Assembly (NCBI GenBank): GCA_016210325.1
Contig: JACQUK010000112.1
Coordinates: forward strand, 598 to 64,597
DNA length: 64,000 nt
Direction: 5' to 3'
DNA from: Chloroflexota bacterium
GTDB lineage: Bacteria; Chloroflexota; Dehalococcoidia; Lucifugimonadales; HRBIN23
The notes beneath the pieces are model-generated. The model ran no database searches and was not told where the DNA came from. It worked only from the letters and a program-made list of their open reading frames with translations. Every line of letters starts with the position of its first letter. The stretch's first letter is position 1. Shown one piece after another: positions 17,069 to 26,060 of this stretch. The translations under genes and the position numbers were made by a program.

Positions 17069-17566
17069 GTGGGCGAAGCGAAGTACCCTCTGGGCCGAGT
17101 GGTATCGCTGGCTGCTGAGGCCGTGGGGGCCCCAGGCCAGCGGCGGTTCTACCTGGTCGTCCAGGCGCAGGGGGGAACGGCGACCCTGTGGATGGAGAAG
17201 CAGGAGCTTTTTCAGCTTGCCATAGCTATCCAGCAGCTCTTGACGCGAGTGCCAGAAGCGTCAGAGGAGCGCCCAACGCCAGGCCAGCAGACCGGCCTGC
17301 TCAACCTTGACTTCAACGTCGTGCAACTCACCGTAGGACTGGACAGCGCCCGGACCTCCTTTCACTTGGAGGCCTGGGGGGTGACGCAGCCCGTGGATGG
17401 TGCGGCAACCATCAGCGCCGCGGGTACACCTGGGCAGTTCAAGGCCCTGGCTGCCAGGGCCTTGGAGGTCTGCGCGGCTGGCCGCCCTGCTTGCCCGCTG
17501 TGTGGCGCTCCCATGGGCCAGGAGCCACACGTGTGCCCGCGCGCCAACGGCCACACATCCCCCTGA
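17069..17566 (+). CDS. DUF3090-family protein
   Basis: GAPGQRRFYLVVQAQGGTATLWMEKQELFQLAIAIQQLL and a C-terminal CPLCGAPMGQEPHVCPRANGH zinc-ribbon-like motif. Confidence 0.65.
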   Translation: MGEAKYPLGRVVSLAAEAVGAPGQRRFYLVVQAQGGTATLWMEKQELFQLAIAIQQLLTRVPEASEERPTPGQQTGLLNLDFNVVQLTVGLDSARTSFHLEAWGVTQPVDGAATISAAGTPGQFKALAARALEVCAAGRPACPLCGAPMGQEPHVCPRANGHTSP

Positions 17567-17674
17567 CGCTGGCCGGCTGCTAGCAGGGGGATGCACTAGA
17601 GGCTATTCAACAACCGAGCTTTCCACACCGCTCACTCCAGGCGGGGGTGTGGAAGAGAGTTCCGAACAGCTTCT

Positions 17675-17783
17675 CGTGTCCCGTCTCCGAAATACGTTTA
17701 CAAAATGTCATTGCGAGGAGTCCCGACACGTCGGGACTCCTCGCAATGACATTGTCGGCGAACTTCGGGGACACCACACTAGC
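17675..17783. repeat. MITE-like repeat, family B (compact copy with central perfect hairpin)
   Basis: GTGTCCCGTCTCCGAAATACGTTTA ... CATTGCGAGGAGTCCCGACACGTCGGGACTCCTCGCAATG ... GGCGAACTTCGGGGACACC. The termini are inverted relative to each other. Confidence 0.8.
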
Positions 17784-17936
17784 CACTGCGTACCTTATTG
17801 CACAGGCCATCAGTCCCACAGTGCCTTTGAGCTTGGACGCTGGCGTGCTCGTGACCACGAGGCGCCGCGCCGACGCTCAAGGGTAGCTCAGGCTGGGACG
17901 GCCGGCCGGGGCCCAGGCTTTGATCAGACCTTCTGG

Positions 17937-18494
17937 CTATACCAGGTCCAGGCCGTCGCGGTTCCTCCGCCAGCGCCACAGGATAATGACGTTCCCGATG
18001 ATACCACCCAATGCGGCGCCCAGAGGTTGTGCAAACACGAAGGGGTAGGTCGTAAAGCCGAAGTAGAAGGCAGGCGCCGCCGCAGCCGCGGTACCCAGCA
18101 GGGCGCCCACAGCACCCCAGTTCACCATCTCCAGGTTCCGGGCTACCCGCAGCCACTCCCTCTCCGAGCGGTAGCCCCAGCCCTCCCAGCTCCAGTCGCG
18201 CCGCTGCTCCAGGGCCCTCGGACGGACCTCGGTGCCTACGTCGCCGCGGCGAGCCGTGTGGGAGCGCACCTCAAACCGGCCCTCGAACTGGCGCTCCTCC
18301 CGGCCGTTGCGCTTGGTGGTCTGCGTCGCTTCCCGTTGCTCGGGCCTGGAGCGCTGCGGCTCCTCTTCCAACTCGGTGTCAGGAGAAGCAGGGGCACGGG
18401 TAGCGGTGGCAGTGGGCGCGGCAGAAGACCCCCAGGAGTTTTGCACGGTGGACGCGCGGCGCTGGTAGGCTGGACCTGCGTAGTGGTACATCAT
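17937..18494 (-). CDS. Hypothetical protein with charged N-terminal region and two C-terminal TM helices
   Basis: ATG-ATG at 18494 follows AGGAGG. The C-terminus is VNWGAVGALLGTAAAAAPAFYF...LGAALGGIIGNVIILW. No family recognised. Confidence 0.45.
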   Translation of the reverse strand: MMYHYAGPAYQRRASTVQNSWGSSAAPTATATRAPASPDTELEEEPQRSRPEQREATQTTKRNGREERQFEGRFEVRSHTARRGDVGTEVRPRALEQRRDWSWEGWGYRSEREWLRVARNLEMVNWGAVGALLGTAAAAAPAFYFGFTTYPFVFAQPLGAALGGIIGNVIILWRWRRNRDGLDLV

Positions 18495-18911
18495 GGGGAA
18501 CCTCCTATCTACTGGCCCGTTGGCGTGCTGGTGTGACCAGCACGGCATCTCTGTGACAGTGTCATAGTTTAGGAAAGTTTTGAGAAAAATAGCAAGGGCT
18601 TTTCAGGCCAAGAATGGCGCGTTTTTTGAACACAAAGGCGCCGAGAAAGTGCCCGCAGGGCATTGGCCAAGTGGTGGAGTGCGATGCTTTCCAGCCCTGA
18701 AAAGGCCGGATGTGGGGAGTGCCATGGCTGGCCCTCTGGTGATGACTCGTGTTGTGGCAGCTTTGCATAACTCAGCTTTGCATCGTTTGAAGCCCAAGGG
18801 ACGCACGAAAGAGAGTGTAGCAAAACATACGATGAACCCAAGGAATCACTACCGCGCTATGTGGAGACGAAAACAGGAATGCGCCGCCTTTGCGCCTCAG
18901 CGACAACCCTC

Positions 18912-18940
18912 TTGACAAGCTATGCCCTTCTGTGTATCGT
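18912..18940 (+). promoter_or_regulatory. Candidate sigma-70 promoter
   Basis: A perfect TTGACA (18912-17), a 17-nt spacer, then TATCGT (18935-40), 35 nt upstream of ATG 18975. Confidence 0.4.
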
Positions 18941-18974
18941 CAAGCTACGCTAGCTTTGCAAAGGGAGGTGTCAT

Positions 18975-19115
18975 ATGGAGGCCTACTGCTTCAAGTGTCG
19001 CCAGAAGCGGGAGATCCGGAACGCCGCCCAGGTGAAGCTGAAGAACGGGCGGCCAGCGATGCAGGGAACGTGCCCCGTCTGTGGCACGAAGGTCTTCCGC
19101 ATCGGCAAGGGGTAA
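18975..19115 (+). CDS. Small zinc-ribbon protein (DUF5679-like), 46 aa; absent from the ORF track
   Basis: ATG follows AAGGGAGG. My hand translation is MEAYCFKCRQKREIRNAAQVKLKNGRPAMQGTCPVCGTKVFRIGKG-stop, with CxxC...CxxC. A terminator follows. Confidence 0.7.
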   Translation: MEAYCFKCRQKREIRNAAQVKLKNGRPAMQGTCPVCGTKVFRIGKG

Positions 19116-19124
19116 GTCCGGATA

Positions 19125-19180
19125 GGAAGCCTCTCTAGCGATTGCCGGGGGATCGTTGCTGGAGAGGCTTCCCATCTTTT
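19125..19180 (+). terminator. Rho-independent terminator
   Basis: 11-bp stem GGAAGCCTCTC (19125-35) / GAGAGGCTTCC (19162-72), followed by CATCTTTT. Confidence 0.6.
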
Positions 19181-19399
19181 AACGACCAACTCGCTCCTAG
19201 TGCTGCCTGTCGTGGCAGAGGGAGGGTCCACGGCGTGCAGCCTGCCCCTATTCCGGCGGCAGGAGACTCCCGGCCGACGGCGTTGGTTGTTGTCCAGGGC
19301 TTGTGCCGTCCGGGCCTCGGCTGCTACAATTGGCGCGGCTTTTGCCAGGGAACGCGGATGCCACGAGCCGTCTGGGCTCTTGGTCAGCAGGAGCATTGC

Positions 19400-20500
19400 A
19401 TGGGCAAAATCAATGTTGCGATCATCGGCGTGGGGAACTGCGCCTCTTCCTTGGTTCAGGGGGTCCACAAGTACAGGGATGCGGCCGCGGACGACTTCAT
19501 CCCCGGCCTCATGCACCCAGTCCTGGGAGGCTACCACATCGGTGACATGGAGTTTGTGGCAGCCTTTGATATTGACGGCAACAAAGTAGGGAAGCCCCTC
19601 AACGAGGCGATCTTTGCCCCCCCCAACAACACCATCAAGTTCTCCGATGTGCCGGACAATGGAGTCGTTGTAGAACGGGGCATGACCCACGACGGCGTAG
19701 GCAAGTTCGTAAGCCACCTGATCAAGAAGGCGCCCGGCTCCACGGCGGACATTGTGGGCATCCTCAAGGAGCGCGAAGTGCAGGTGGTGGTGAGCTACCT
19801 GCCGGTTGGCTCCGAAGAGGCTACCAAGTGGTATGTGGAGCAGGTGTTGGCAGCGGGGTGCGGCTTCGTGAACTGCATTCCGGTGTTCATTGGACGGGAG
19901 CGCTACTGGCAGAAGCGCTTCCGGGACCGGGGGCTGCCCATCATCGGAGACGACATCAAGTCCCAGGTGGGCGCAACCATCACCCATCGCGTCTTGACCC
20001 ACCTGTTCCGAGAGCGGGGCGTCAAGTTGGAGCGCTCCTACCAATTGAACTTCGGTGGCAACACGGACTTCTTGAACATGCTGGAGCGGGAGCGGCTGGT
20101 CTCCAAGAAGGTGTCCAAGACCAACGCTGTCATTTCCATGCTGGACTACGATATTGGCGCCGACAACGTCCACATCGGCCCTAGTGACCATGTCCCCTGG
20201 CTGCTTGACCGCAAGATCTGCTACATCCGTATGGAGGGCACTGCCTTTGGCGGTGTGCCCTTGAACCTGGAGCTGAAGCTGGAAGTCTGGGATAGCCCCA
20301 ACTCCGCTGGCGTCGTGATAGACGCTATCCGTTGCTGCAAGCTGGCATTGGACCGTGGCATCAGCGGCACCCTGGTGGGGCCGGCGTCCTACTTCATGAA
20401 GTCGCCCCCTATCCAGGTGCCTGATGACGAAGCCAGAGAGTTGGTGGAGGAGTTCATTGAGGGAAAGGAAGACTCCCGGTTCCCTGTGGCGCTCCCCTAG
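19400..20500 (+). CDS. ino1: myo-Inositol-1-phosphate (inositol-3-phosphate) synthase
   Basis: The internal ATG 19400 gives [21 protein letters not shown]. Other motifs are [26 protein letters not shown] and [11 protein letters not shown]. The upstream part of ORF-track entry 19142-20500 looks non-coding. Confidence 0.9.
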   Translation: MGKINVAIIGVGNCASSLVQGVHKYRDAAADDFIPGLMHPVLGGYHIGDMEFVAAFDIDGNKVGKPLNEAIFAPPNNTIKFSDVPDNGVVVERGMTHDGVGKFVSHLIKKAPGSTADIVGILKEREVQVVVSYLPVGSEEATKWYVEQVLAAGCGFVNCIPVFIGRERYWQKRFRDRGLPIIGDDIKSQVGATITHRVLTHLFRERGVKLERSYQLNFGGNTDFLNMLERERLVSKKVSKTNAVISMLDYDIGADNVHIGPSDHVPWLLDRKICYIRMEGTAFGGVPLNLELKLEVWDSPNSAGVVIDAIRCCKLALDRGISGTLVGPASYFMKSPPIQVPDDEARELVEEFIEGKEDSRFPVALP

Positions 20501-20620
20501 GCGCCGATGGTCCCGACTGCAGTCGGGATGCCGGTGTGTGCTCTCTGTTTCGTCTCGTGGGTTGCACCAGACTGCGCTTCCCTTAGCAGGGAAGGGCGGC
20601 TGCCCTGGCGCTGAGGCGGG

Positions 20621-21772
20621 ATGAAGATTGCGCTGGTCTCTCCGTACGATTTCACCTACCCGGGCGGTGTCACCTCGCACATCGTGCCGTTGGCGCAGCA
20701 GTTCCAGCGGGCGGGGCACCACGTCAGTATCCTGGCACCGTCGTCCCGACCAGTGGCACTCTCCGCCGGGATGTCCTTTGTCCGCCTGGGGCAGCCGGTC
20801 CTGGTGCCCACCGGCGGCTCGGTGGCCCGGATCTCGCTGTCAGTTTGGCTTTTGCCCAAAGTGAAACAGCTCCTGGAGGAGACCCGGTTCGATGTGGTGC
20901 ACCTCCACGAGCCCTTCACACCGTTCGTTCCCATCTGTGTGCTCCACTACTCCAATGCGCTCAACGTGGCGACGTTCCACGCCTACCACGGGCGCAGCAA
21001 GCTGTACCCATTCACCAAGCAAGTGCTGCATCGCTGGGCCAGCCGCCTCCACGGGCGGATTGCCGTGTCGCAGCCGGCTGCGGAGTTCGTTGGTCGCTAC
21101 TTTCCGGGCGACTACCGGGTCATTCCCAATGGCATTGATGTAGACCGCTTCTCTGACCGCGCCTTGCCACTGCCGCAGTTCATGGACGGGCGGCTGAACC
21201 TGCTGTTTGTAGGCCGCATGGAGAAGCGCAAGGGGCTTCGGTACCTCCTGGGCGCGTACAGCCGGCTCAAGTGGGACTTCCCCAATCTGCGCCTCATCGT
21301 GGTGGGGCCTGGCACGCCTGACAAAGAGAGCTACCGTATCTTGGGCTCACGGGGCCTCCAGGACGTGGTCTTCCTGGGCGGCGTTCCCAACGAGGAGCTG
21401 CCCCGCTATTACCGGAGCGCCCATATCTTCTGTGCCCCCGCCACGGGCAAGGAGAGCTTTGGGATTGTGCTGCTGGAGGCAATGGCCTCTGGATGCCCTA
21501 TTGTGGCCAGCAACATTGAGGGCTACTCCGCTGTGGTGGACGATGGCGTCCAGGGGTTGCTGGTCCCCCCCAAGAGCGAAGAGGCCCTGGCCGCCGCGCT
21601 GCGCCTCCTGATTGAGTCGGCTCCGCTCAGGTACCGGTTCGGCCTGGCAGGGCAGCAGAAGGCCCAGCTCTACCGCTGGGAGCGCGTGGCCTTGCGTGTG
21701 CTTGACTACTATGATGAGCTGAGGGCGGAGCGGGGGCAGCGCGAGCTCTCGGTCGCCCTTCGGGCCCGCTGA
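20621..21772 (+). CDS. GT4 glycosyltransferase, PimA-like (phosphatidylinositol mannosyltransferase-like)
   Basis: N-terminal MKIALVSPYDFTYPGGV. GT-B C-terminal EKRKG and the ESFGIVLLEAMASGCPIV (E-x7-E) motif. Genomic context lies between ino1 and a CDP-alcohol phosphatidyltransferase. Confidence 0.75.
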   Translation: MKIALVSPYDFTYPGGVTSHIVPLAQQFQRAGHHVSILAPSSRPVALSAGMSFVRLGQPVLVPTGGSVARISLSVWLLPKVKQLLEETRFDVVHLHEPFTPFVPICVLHYSNALNVATFHAYHGRSKLYPFTKQVLHRWASRLHGRIAVSQPAAEFVGRYFPGDYRVIPNGIDVDRFSDRALPLPQFMDGRLNLLFVGRMEKRKGLRYLLGAYSRLKWDFPNLRLIVVGPGTPDKESYRILGSRGLQDVVFLGGVPNEELPRYYRSAHIFCAPATGKESFGIVLLEAMASGCPIVASNIEGYSAVVDDGVQGLLVPPKSEEALAAALRLLIESAPLRYRFGLAGQQKAQLYRWERVALRVLDYYDELRAERGQRELSVALRAR

Positions 21773-22389
21773 TGACACCCTCGGCTGGGGGGCAGGGCAC
21801 CTCGCGTTCGCTGCGTTTGCGTCCCCTCATAGGTCGTTACCTCCAGGAGCCGGTGGCACGGGGCCTGGTCCGCCTTGGAGTGACACCCAACCAGGTGACG
21901 CTGCTTGGCCTTCTGCTGGCTGCGCCGGCTGCCTACTTTGCCAGCACCGGCCACTTCTTGCTGGCGGGGCTTTTTCTGATGCTGTCCGGCCTGGCTGACG
22001 CCCTGGACGGGACGGTGGCCCGCCTACGGGGTCGGGTGACGCGCTTCGGGGCCTTGCTGGACTCCACAATGGACCGAGTGGAAGAGGCTGGCATTCTGCT
22101 AGGGCTGCTGGTCTGGTACCTTCGCCAATCAGAGTCCTGGCCCGCAGTCCTGGCCTACGTGGCGTTTGCTGGATCAGTGCTGGTCAGCTACGTGCGGGCC
22201 AGGGCCGAGGGTCTCGGAATGCAGGACCGGGCCGGGGGTCTGATGCCGCGGCCTGCCCGCGTGGCCGTGTTGGCCCTGGGGCTGCTTCTCAACCAGGCTG
22301 TGGTGGCGCTGGCGGTCATCGTTGCCCTCGCGCTCCTCACCGTTGGGCAGCGCCTCTACCGCGCCTGGCGGGCTTTCCGCCGGGAATAG
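21772..22389 (+). CDS. CDP-alcohol phosphatidyltransferase (phosphatidylinositol-phosphate synthase-like)
   Basis: DALDGTVARLRGRVTRFGALLDSTMD matches D-G-x2-A-R-x8-G-x3-D-x3-D. The start overlaps the upstream stop (TGATG). Confidence 0.85.
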   Translation: MTPSAGGQGTSRSLRLRPLIGRYLQEPVARGLVRLGVTPNQVTLLGLLLAAPAAYFASTGHFLLAGLFLMLSGLADALDGTVARLRGRVTRFGALLDSTMDRVEEAGILLGLLVWYLRQSESWPAVLAYVAFAGSVLVSYVRARAEGLGMQDRAGGLMPRPARVAVLALGLLLNQAVVALAVIVALALLTVGQRLYRAWRAFRRE

Positions 22390-22437
22390 CGGGAATCCGG
22401 CAGGGCTTGTCATGGATACCAACTCCCAAGCTGTGCT

Positions 22438-23031
22438 ATGCTAGAAAGAGCAACATGGTGTACATCGAGGATGGCTGTGGCTATCGCGGGACTGCGGCTC
22501 CGACAGGGCTCCGGCATTCCGGCGGACGCATGGTTCTATACCCTGGCCCTGGCGACTCTGGCACTGGACCAGGGGAGCAAGTACCTGGTCAGCGCCAGGC
22601 TAGCGCCGGGCGAGTCAATTCCTGCCCAGGGACTTGCCCGGATCACCTATGTATTTAATACGGGGAGCGCCTTCGGCTTTTTCCCGGGGCAGACGCTCTT
22701 CTTGACCTTCGCCTCCCTGATAGGAGTGGTGGTCCTGCTACTGTTCTACCGCAGCCATATCCTGCGCGAATGGCCGCTGCGCCTCAGCATCGCCCTGATG
22801 CTGGGCGGCGCGCTGGGCAACCTGGTGGACCGCGTCCGGCTGGGGTACGTGGTGGACTTCATTGACGTGGGCTGGTGGCCGGTGTTCAACTTGGCTGACT
22901 CATCCATCGTGATCGGCATCATGCTGCTGGCCTTTGTGTTCCTGACGGGGCAGGGGACTGGCCCTCGTGGAAGGCTTTCTCCACCACTGCCGCCCAGGGA
23001 TGGCCTGCCGCCCTCAGAGGTGGGGTGCTAG
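22438..23031 (+). CDS. lspA: Lipoprotein signal peptidase (signal peptidase II)
   Basis: NTGSAFGF, GGALGNLVDR and VVDFIDVGWWPVFNLADSSI. The true start may be an internal ATG (about 22471). Confidence 0.85.
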   Translation: MLERATWCTSRMAVAIAGLRLRQGSGIPADAWFYTLALATLALDQGSKYLVSARLAPGESIPAQGLARITYVFNTGSAFGFFPGQTLFLTFASLIGVVVLLLFYRSHILREWPLRLSIALMLGGALGNLVDRVRLGYVVDFIDVGWWPVFNLADSSIVIGIMLLAFVFLTGQGTGPRGRLSPPLPPRDGLPPSEVGC

Positions 23032-23966
23032 CGCGTGTGAAAGAGGAACACCTGGAGTTCGTCGTGGACGGCGGCGGGCAGCGTCTCGACCGCTGGCTGG
23101 CGAGCCAGGTGGCGCGACTGTCCCGCTCCAGGCTCCAGCACCTCATTGAAGCTGGCCATGTCCTGGTCAACGACCGGAGCGCCCAGCCGTCCCTTCGGGT
23201 CCGCTCTGGAGACCGCGTGGTGTTGACCGTTCCTCCTCCTGTCACGCCGCCCCATTTGGCCCCCGAGGCTATCCCTCTGCCCGTCGTCTATGAGGATAGG
23301 GACATTCTGGTGGTGGACAAGCCACCTGGGCTGCCGGTCCATCCCGCTGCGGGTCATCCGTCCCGCACGCTGGTGAACGCGCTGCTGGCCCACTGCCGTG
23401 ATCTGTCTGGCATCGGCGGTGTCCTGCGCCCCGGCATCGTGCACCGCCTGGACAAGGACACCTCGGGCCTCATGGTGGTGGCCAAGCACGACGCCGCCCA
23501 CGCCTGCCTGGCGCAGCAAATCAAGGACCGTCAGGTGCGCAAGGGCTACCTGGCCCTGGTATGGGGCGTACCCCATCCGCCAGAGGGGACGGTGGACGCC
23601 CCCATTGGAAGGGACCCGCGCAACCGCAAGCGCATGGCGGTGGTGCTAGGCGGACGGCCGGCGCGCACCACCTACCGCGTCCTCAACCGGTACTGGGACG
23701 CCTCCCTGGTGGAGGTCCTCCCGGAGACGGGGCGCACCCACCAGGTCCGGGTGCACCTGGCCTCCATTGGCCATCCCCTGGTGGGCGACGCTCTGTACGG
23801 CAAGAGGAAGACAACGTTGGTGGCGCGGCAGTTCCTCCACGCTCATCGCCTGGGATTCCGCCTGCCCAGCGACAGCGGCTGGGTGGAGTTCACATCCCCA
23901 TTGCCCGCAGACCTGGCCCGCGCTGTCGCGCTGCTGGAGAGTGGGCAGCGTGCCGCATCTGGGTGA
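23025..23966 (+). CDS. rluD: RluA-family 23S rRNA pseudouridine synthase (RluD-like, with S4 domain)
   Basis: S4-like N-terminus (RLDRWLASQV..SRSRLQHLIEAGHVLVN), catalytic HRLDKDTSGLMVVAK, and TGRTHQVRVHL. Confidence 0.85.
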   Translation: MLARVKEEHLEFVVDGGGQRLDRWLASQVARLSRSRLQHLIEAGHVLVNDRSAQPSLRVRSGDRVVLTVPPPVTPPHLAPEAIPLPVVYEDRDILVVDKPPGLPVHPAAGHPSRTLVNALLAHCRDLSGIGGVLRPGIVHRLDKDTSGLMVVAKHDAAHACLAQQIKDRQVRKGYLALVWGVPHPPEGTVDAPIGRDPRNRKRMAVVLGGRPARTTYRVLNRYWDASLVEVLPETGRTHQVRVHLASIGHPLVGDALYGKRKTTLVARQFLHAHRLGFRLPSDSGWVEFTSPLPADLARAVALLESGQRAASG

Positions 23967-24139
23967 GGGCGTCCTGCGGAGCATCGTGCTGAGCGTGCGA
24001 GGTGCTCAAGCCTGCTTGTTGCTCCCCAGCCCAGACGCCATGCTTCTGCCGGACGGGAAAGCGCTACGACACCACTCGTGGCTCTCAAGCCTCTAGCAGG
24101 GTGCTGGAAAGGCCCTGCACAATGCCATTGGCTTCGAGA

Positions 24140-24223
24140 CCCGCTCATGGTTCGACAGGCTCACCACGAGCGGGCAAGAGCCTATCTAGCCGCTCATCCT
24201 GAGCTTGTCGAAGGAGGAGCGGC
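24140..24223. repeat. Dispersed hairpin repeat, family A (partial copy)
   Basis: CCCGCTCATGGTTCGACAGGCTCACCACGAGCGGG and GCCGCTCATCCTGAGCTTGTCGAAGGAGGAGCGGC modules. Confidence 0.8.
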
Positions 24224-24249
24224 TTGTGCAGGATATTTCAGAGCTAGCG

Positions 24250-24624
24250 TCACCCAGCAGTCCGCATCGCTGACGAGATGAGTTCGCGGAGGGTGTGGCG
24301 TCGGTTGCTGGTGTAGGGCCTCACCTGCGTGGGCCACCTGCCCAGGTCGCGGGCCCTACCCCAGGCCTCGGTTGTGATCACATCTGGGCTCTCAATCTCG
24401 TACAGGGCGCTGTACCGGGGCTCGCCCTGGGCCACAAGAATGCGGCGCTCTCCTGCGATGTTCTCCACCAACTCCCGGGTCTTGAAGCGCGCTACTGAGA
24501 GGACGCCCGGGACCTTCAGCAACGTCGGGATGTGTTCTTCCTCGTAGACCTGGTTAAAGAGGGCTTCATGGGCCGGGTCAATGTCCATGCTGGCCGTGAA
24601 CAGGTACCTGGCGTGGAATGGCAT
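24250..24624 (-). CDS. Hypothetical protein, DUF4286/EthD-like (dimeric alpha-beta barrel)
   Basis: ATG 24624 follows GGAGGAAGGAG. The pattern is FTASMDIDPAHEALFNQVYEEEHIPTLLKVPGVLSVARF. Confidence 0.5.
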   Translation of the reverse strand: MPFHARYLFTASMDIDPAHEALFNQVYEEEHIPTLLKVPGVLSVARFKTRELVENIAGERRILVAQGEPRYSALYEIESPDVITTEAWGRARDLGRWPTQVRPYTSNRRHTLRELISSAMRTAG

Positions 24625-24698
24625 AGCTCTCCTTCCTCCTATGGCGAGTTGATGCATGCCCGATATGGCGCTTGCAACCAGCAGCGTGTCAGCTCTCA

Positions 24699-24844
24699 CT
24701 AGTACTCCCTTGCGAAAAAGCGCGGTATAAAAAGCCGCTCACCCTGAGCCTGTCGAACCACGAGCGGCGCACCCTTCGACAGGCTCAGGGTGAGCGGGCC
24801 TGGGGCGAACTTGATGCACGCGAACCTATGTAACTAAGTACTAG
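24699..24844. repeat. Family A MITE-like element, full copy with CTAGTACT/AGTACTAG termini
   Basis: The termini are CTAGTACT (24699-706) and AGTACTAG (24837-844). The core holds a perfect 23-nt inverted repeat, CCGCTCACCCTGAGCCTGTCGAA / TTCGACAGGCTCAGGGTGAGCGG (24734-24797). It is collinear with 28860-29005. Confidence 0.8.
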
Positions 24845-25050
24845 CTCGAATTCGGAGGCCGAGCCAGCTCCCTGTGGCGTACCTGCTTCTCCAGCTTGCT
24901 GCGGGGCACCAGAACGCGCCGCCTGCAGGTAAGGCACCGGATGCCGATGTCGGCGCCCAGGCGCACCACCTCCCAGGTGCTGCCACCGCAGGGGTGGGGC
25001 TTCCGTAGCACCAGGGTCTCGCCCAGTTGGAACTGCACAGGCAGCGGCAT
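24841..25050 (-). CDS. DUF951-family small protein
   Basis: [47 protein letters not shown]. Confidence 0.7.
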   Translation of the reverse strand: MPLPVQFQLGETLVLRKPHPCGGSTWEVVRLGADIGIRCLTCRRRVLVPRSKLEKQVRHRELARPPNSS

Positions 25051-25115
25051 TGCCGGCCTCTACGCAGGCTTGCTGGTGCACGCAGGTGGCAGACGAGGAT
25101 GGTTCACCCGGAGCA

Positions 25116-25961
25116 TCAAGGCTGTGGGGCAAACCCTTTGCCCAGGCGGGCCAGCTCCTGGCGAATCTGTGTGCCGAGCCGCTGGGCCGCAAGGCGGGCG
25201 GCCTCCTGGAACCCCCGCGGGTCCCTGGAGGCGTACAGGATCGCCCGAGAGGTACTGATGATCAGGTTTCGGCCCTGGGGGTCGGCGCCGGCGGCCACCG
25301 CCTTCTCTAACGCACCACCCTGAGCGCCCACCCCTGGCACCAAGAAGGGCATCTCGGGACAAAGCCCCCGAAGACGGCGTAGCTCCTCCGGGTAAGTAGC
25401 GCCCGCTACCAGCCCCACGTTGCCGTTCCGGTCCCAGACCTGGGCGCGGAGGGCCACCCACTCCCAGAGCGGCCGCGCTTCGCCGCCGGCAGAGGCAGCT
25501 ACCTGGAGGTCCTGGAACTCCCTGGCACCAGGGTTGGAGCTTCGGCACCACACCAGCACGCCCCGGTCCTGGTAGGCCAGGAAAGGCTCCAGAGTATCGC
25601 CGCCGCCGTAGGGGTTCACCGTGAGGGCGTCAAAGCCCCAGACCTCAAAGGCAGCCTTCGCGTAGAAATTGGACGTAGGTGCCACGTCGCCGCGCTTGGC
25701 GTCGCCGATGACAGGAATGTGACTGGGGACCGCCGCCAGGGTGAGGCGGAGTGCCTCCAGCCCTTCTTGGCCCCCTGCTTCGTAGAAACCCAGGTTTGGC
25801 TTGTACGCACAGACCAGGTCGGAGGTGGCCTCGATGATGGCGCGGTTGAAGGCTGCCACATCGCGCAGAGGCATGTGGGAGGGGTCCGGGTCCAGACCCA
25901 CGCAGAGCAAGCTGTGGTTGGCCTCCATAGCGGCCAGGAGCTTCTGACGGAAGGTGCTCAA
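25116..25961 (-). CDS. pyrF: Orotidine 5'-phosphate decarboxylase (type 2)
   Basis: TTG start at 25961 follows GGGAGG. Motifs are LCVGLDPD, YKPNLGFYEA, IGDAKRGDV and LTVNPYGG. The 563-aa ORF-track entry is an unstopped upstream extension. Confidence 0.85.
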   Translation of the reverse strand: MSTFRQKLLAAMEANHSLLCVGLDPDPSHMPLRDVAAFNRAIIEATSDLVCAYKPNLGFYEAGGQEGLEALRLTLAAVPSHIPVIGDAKRGDVAPTSNFYAKAAFEVWGFDALTVNPYGGGDTLEPFLAYQDRGVLVWCRSSNPGAREFQDLQVAASAGGEARPLWEWVALRAQVWDRNGNVGLVAGATYPEELRRLRGLCPEMPFLVPGVGAQGGALEKAVAAGADPQGRNLIISTSRAILYASRDPRGFQEAARLAAQRLGTQIRQELARLGKGFAPQP

Positions 25962-26060
25962 GGATGCCTCCCAGTCGAAAGGGAGTGGAAAGAGCAGACT
26001 CCCAGTGTAGAGGCTGCCGCTGGCCCCTGCAAGGCAGAAGCCGAGTACAATGGGGCTGCT

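Noticed and set aside
17397-18536. 379-aa plus-strand ORF spanning the DUF3090 3' end, a family B repeat and the antisense of 17937-18494.
   Set aside because: - It crosses an obvious intergenic repeat.
- Its composition is Arg/Pro-rich.
- It conflicts with two better-supported genes.
18983-20722. 579-aa minus-strand ORF.
   Set aside because: It is antisense to the inositol-1-phosphate synthase gene and to the small zinc-ribbon gene. No motifs are present.
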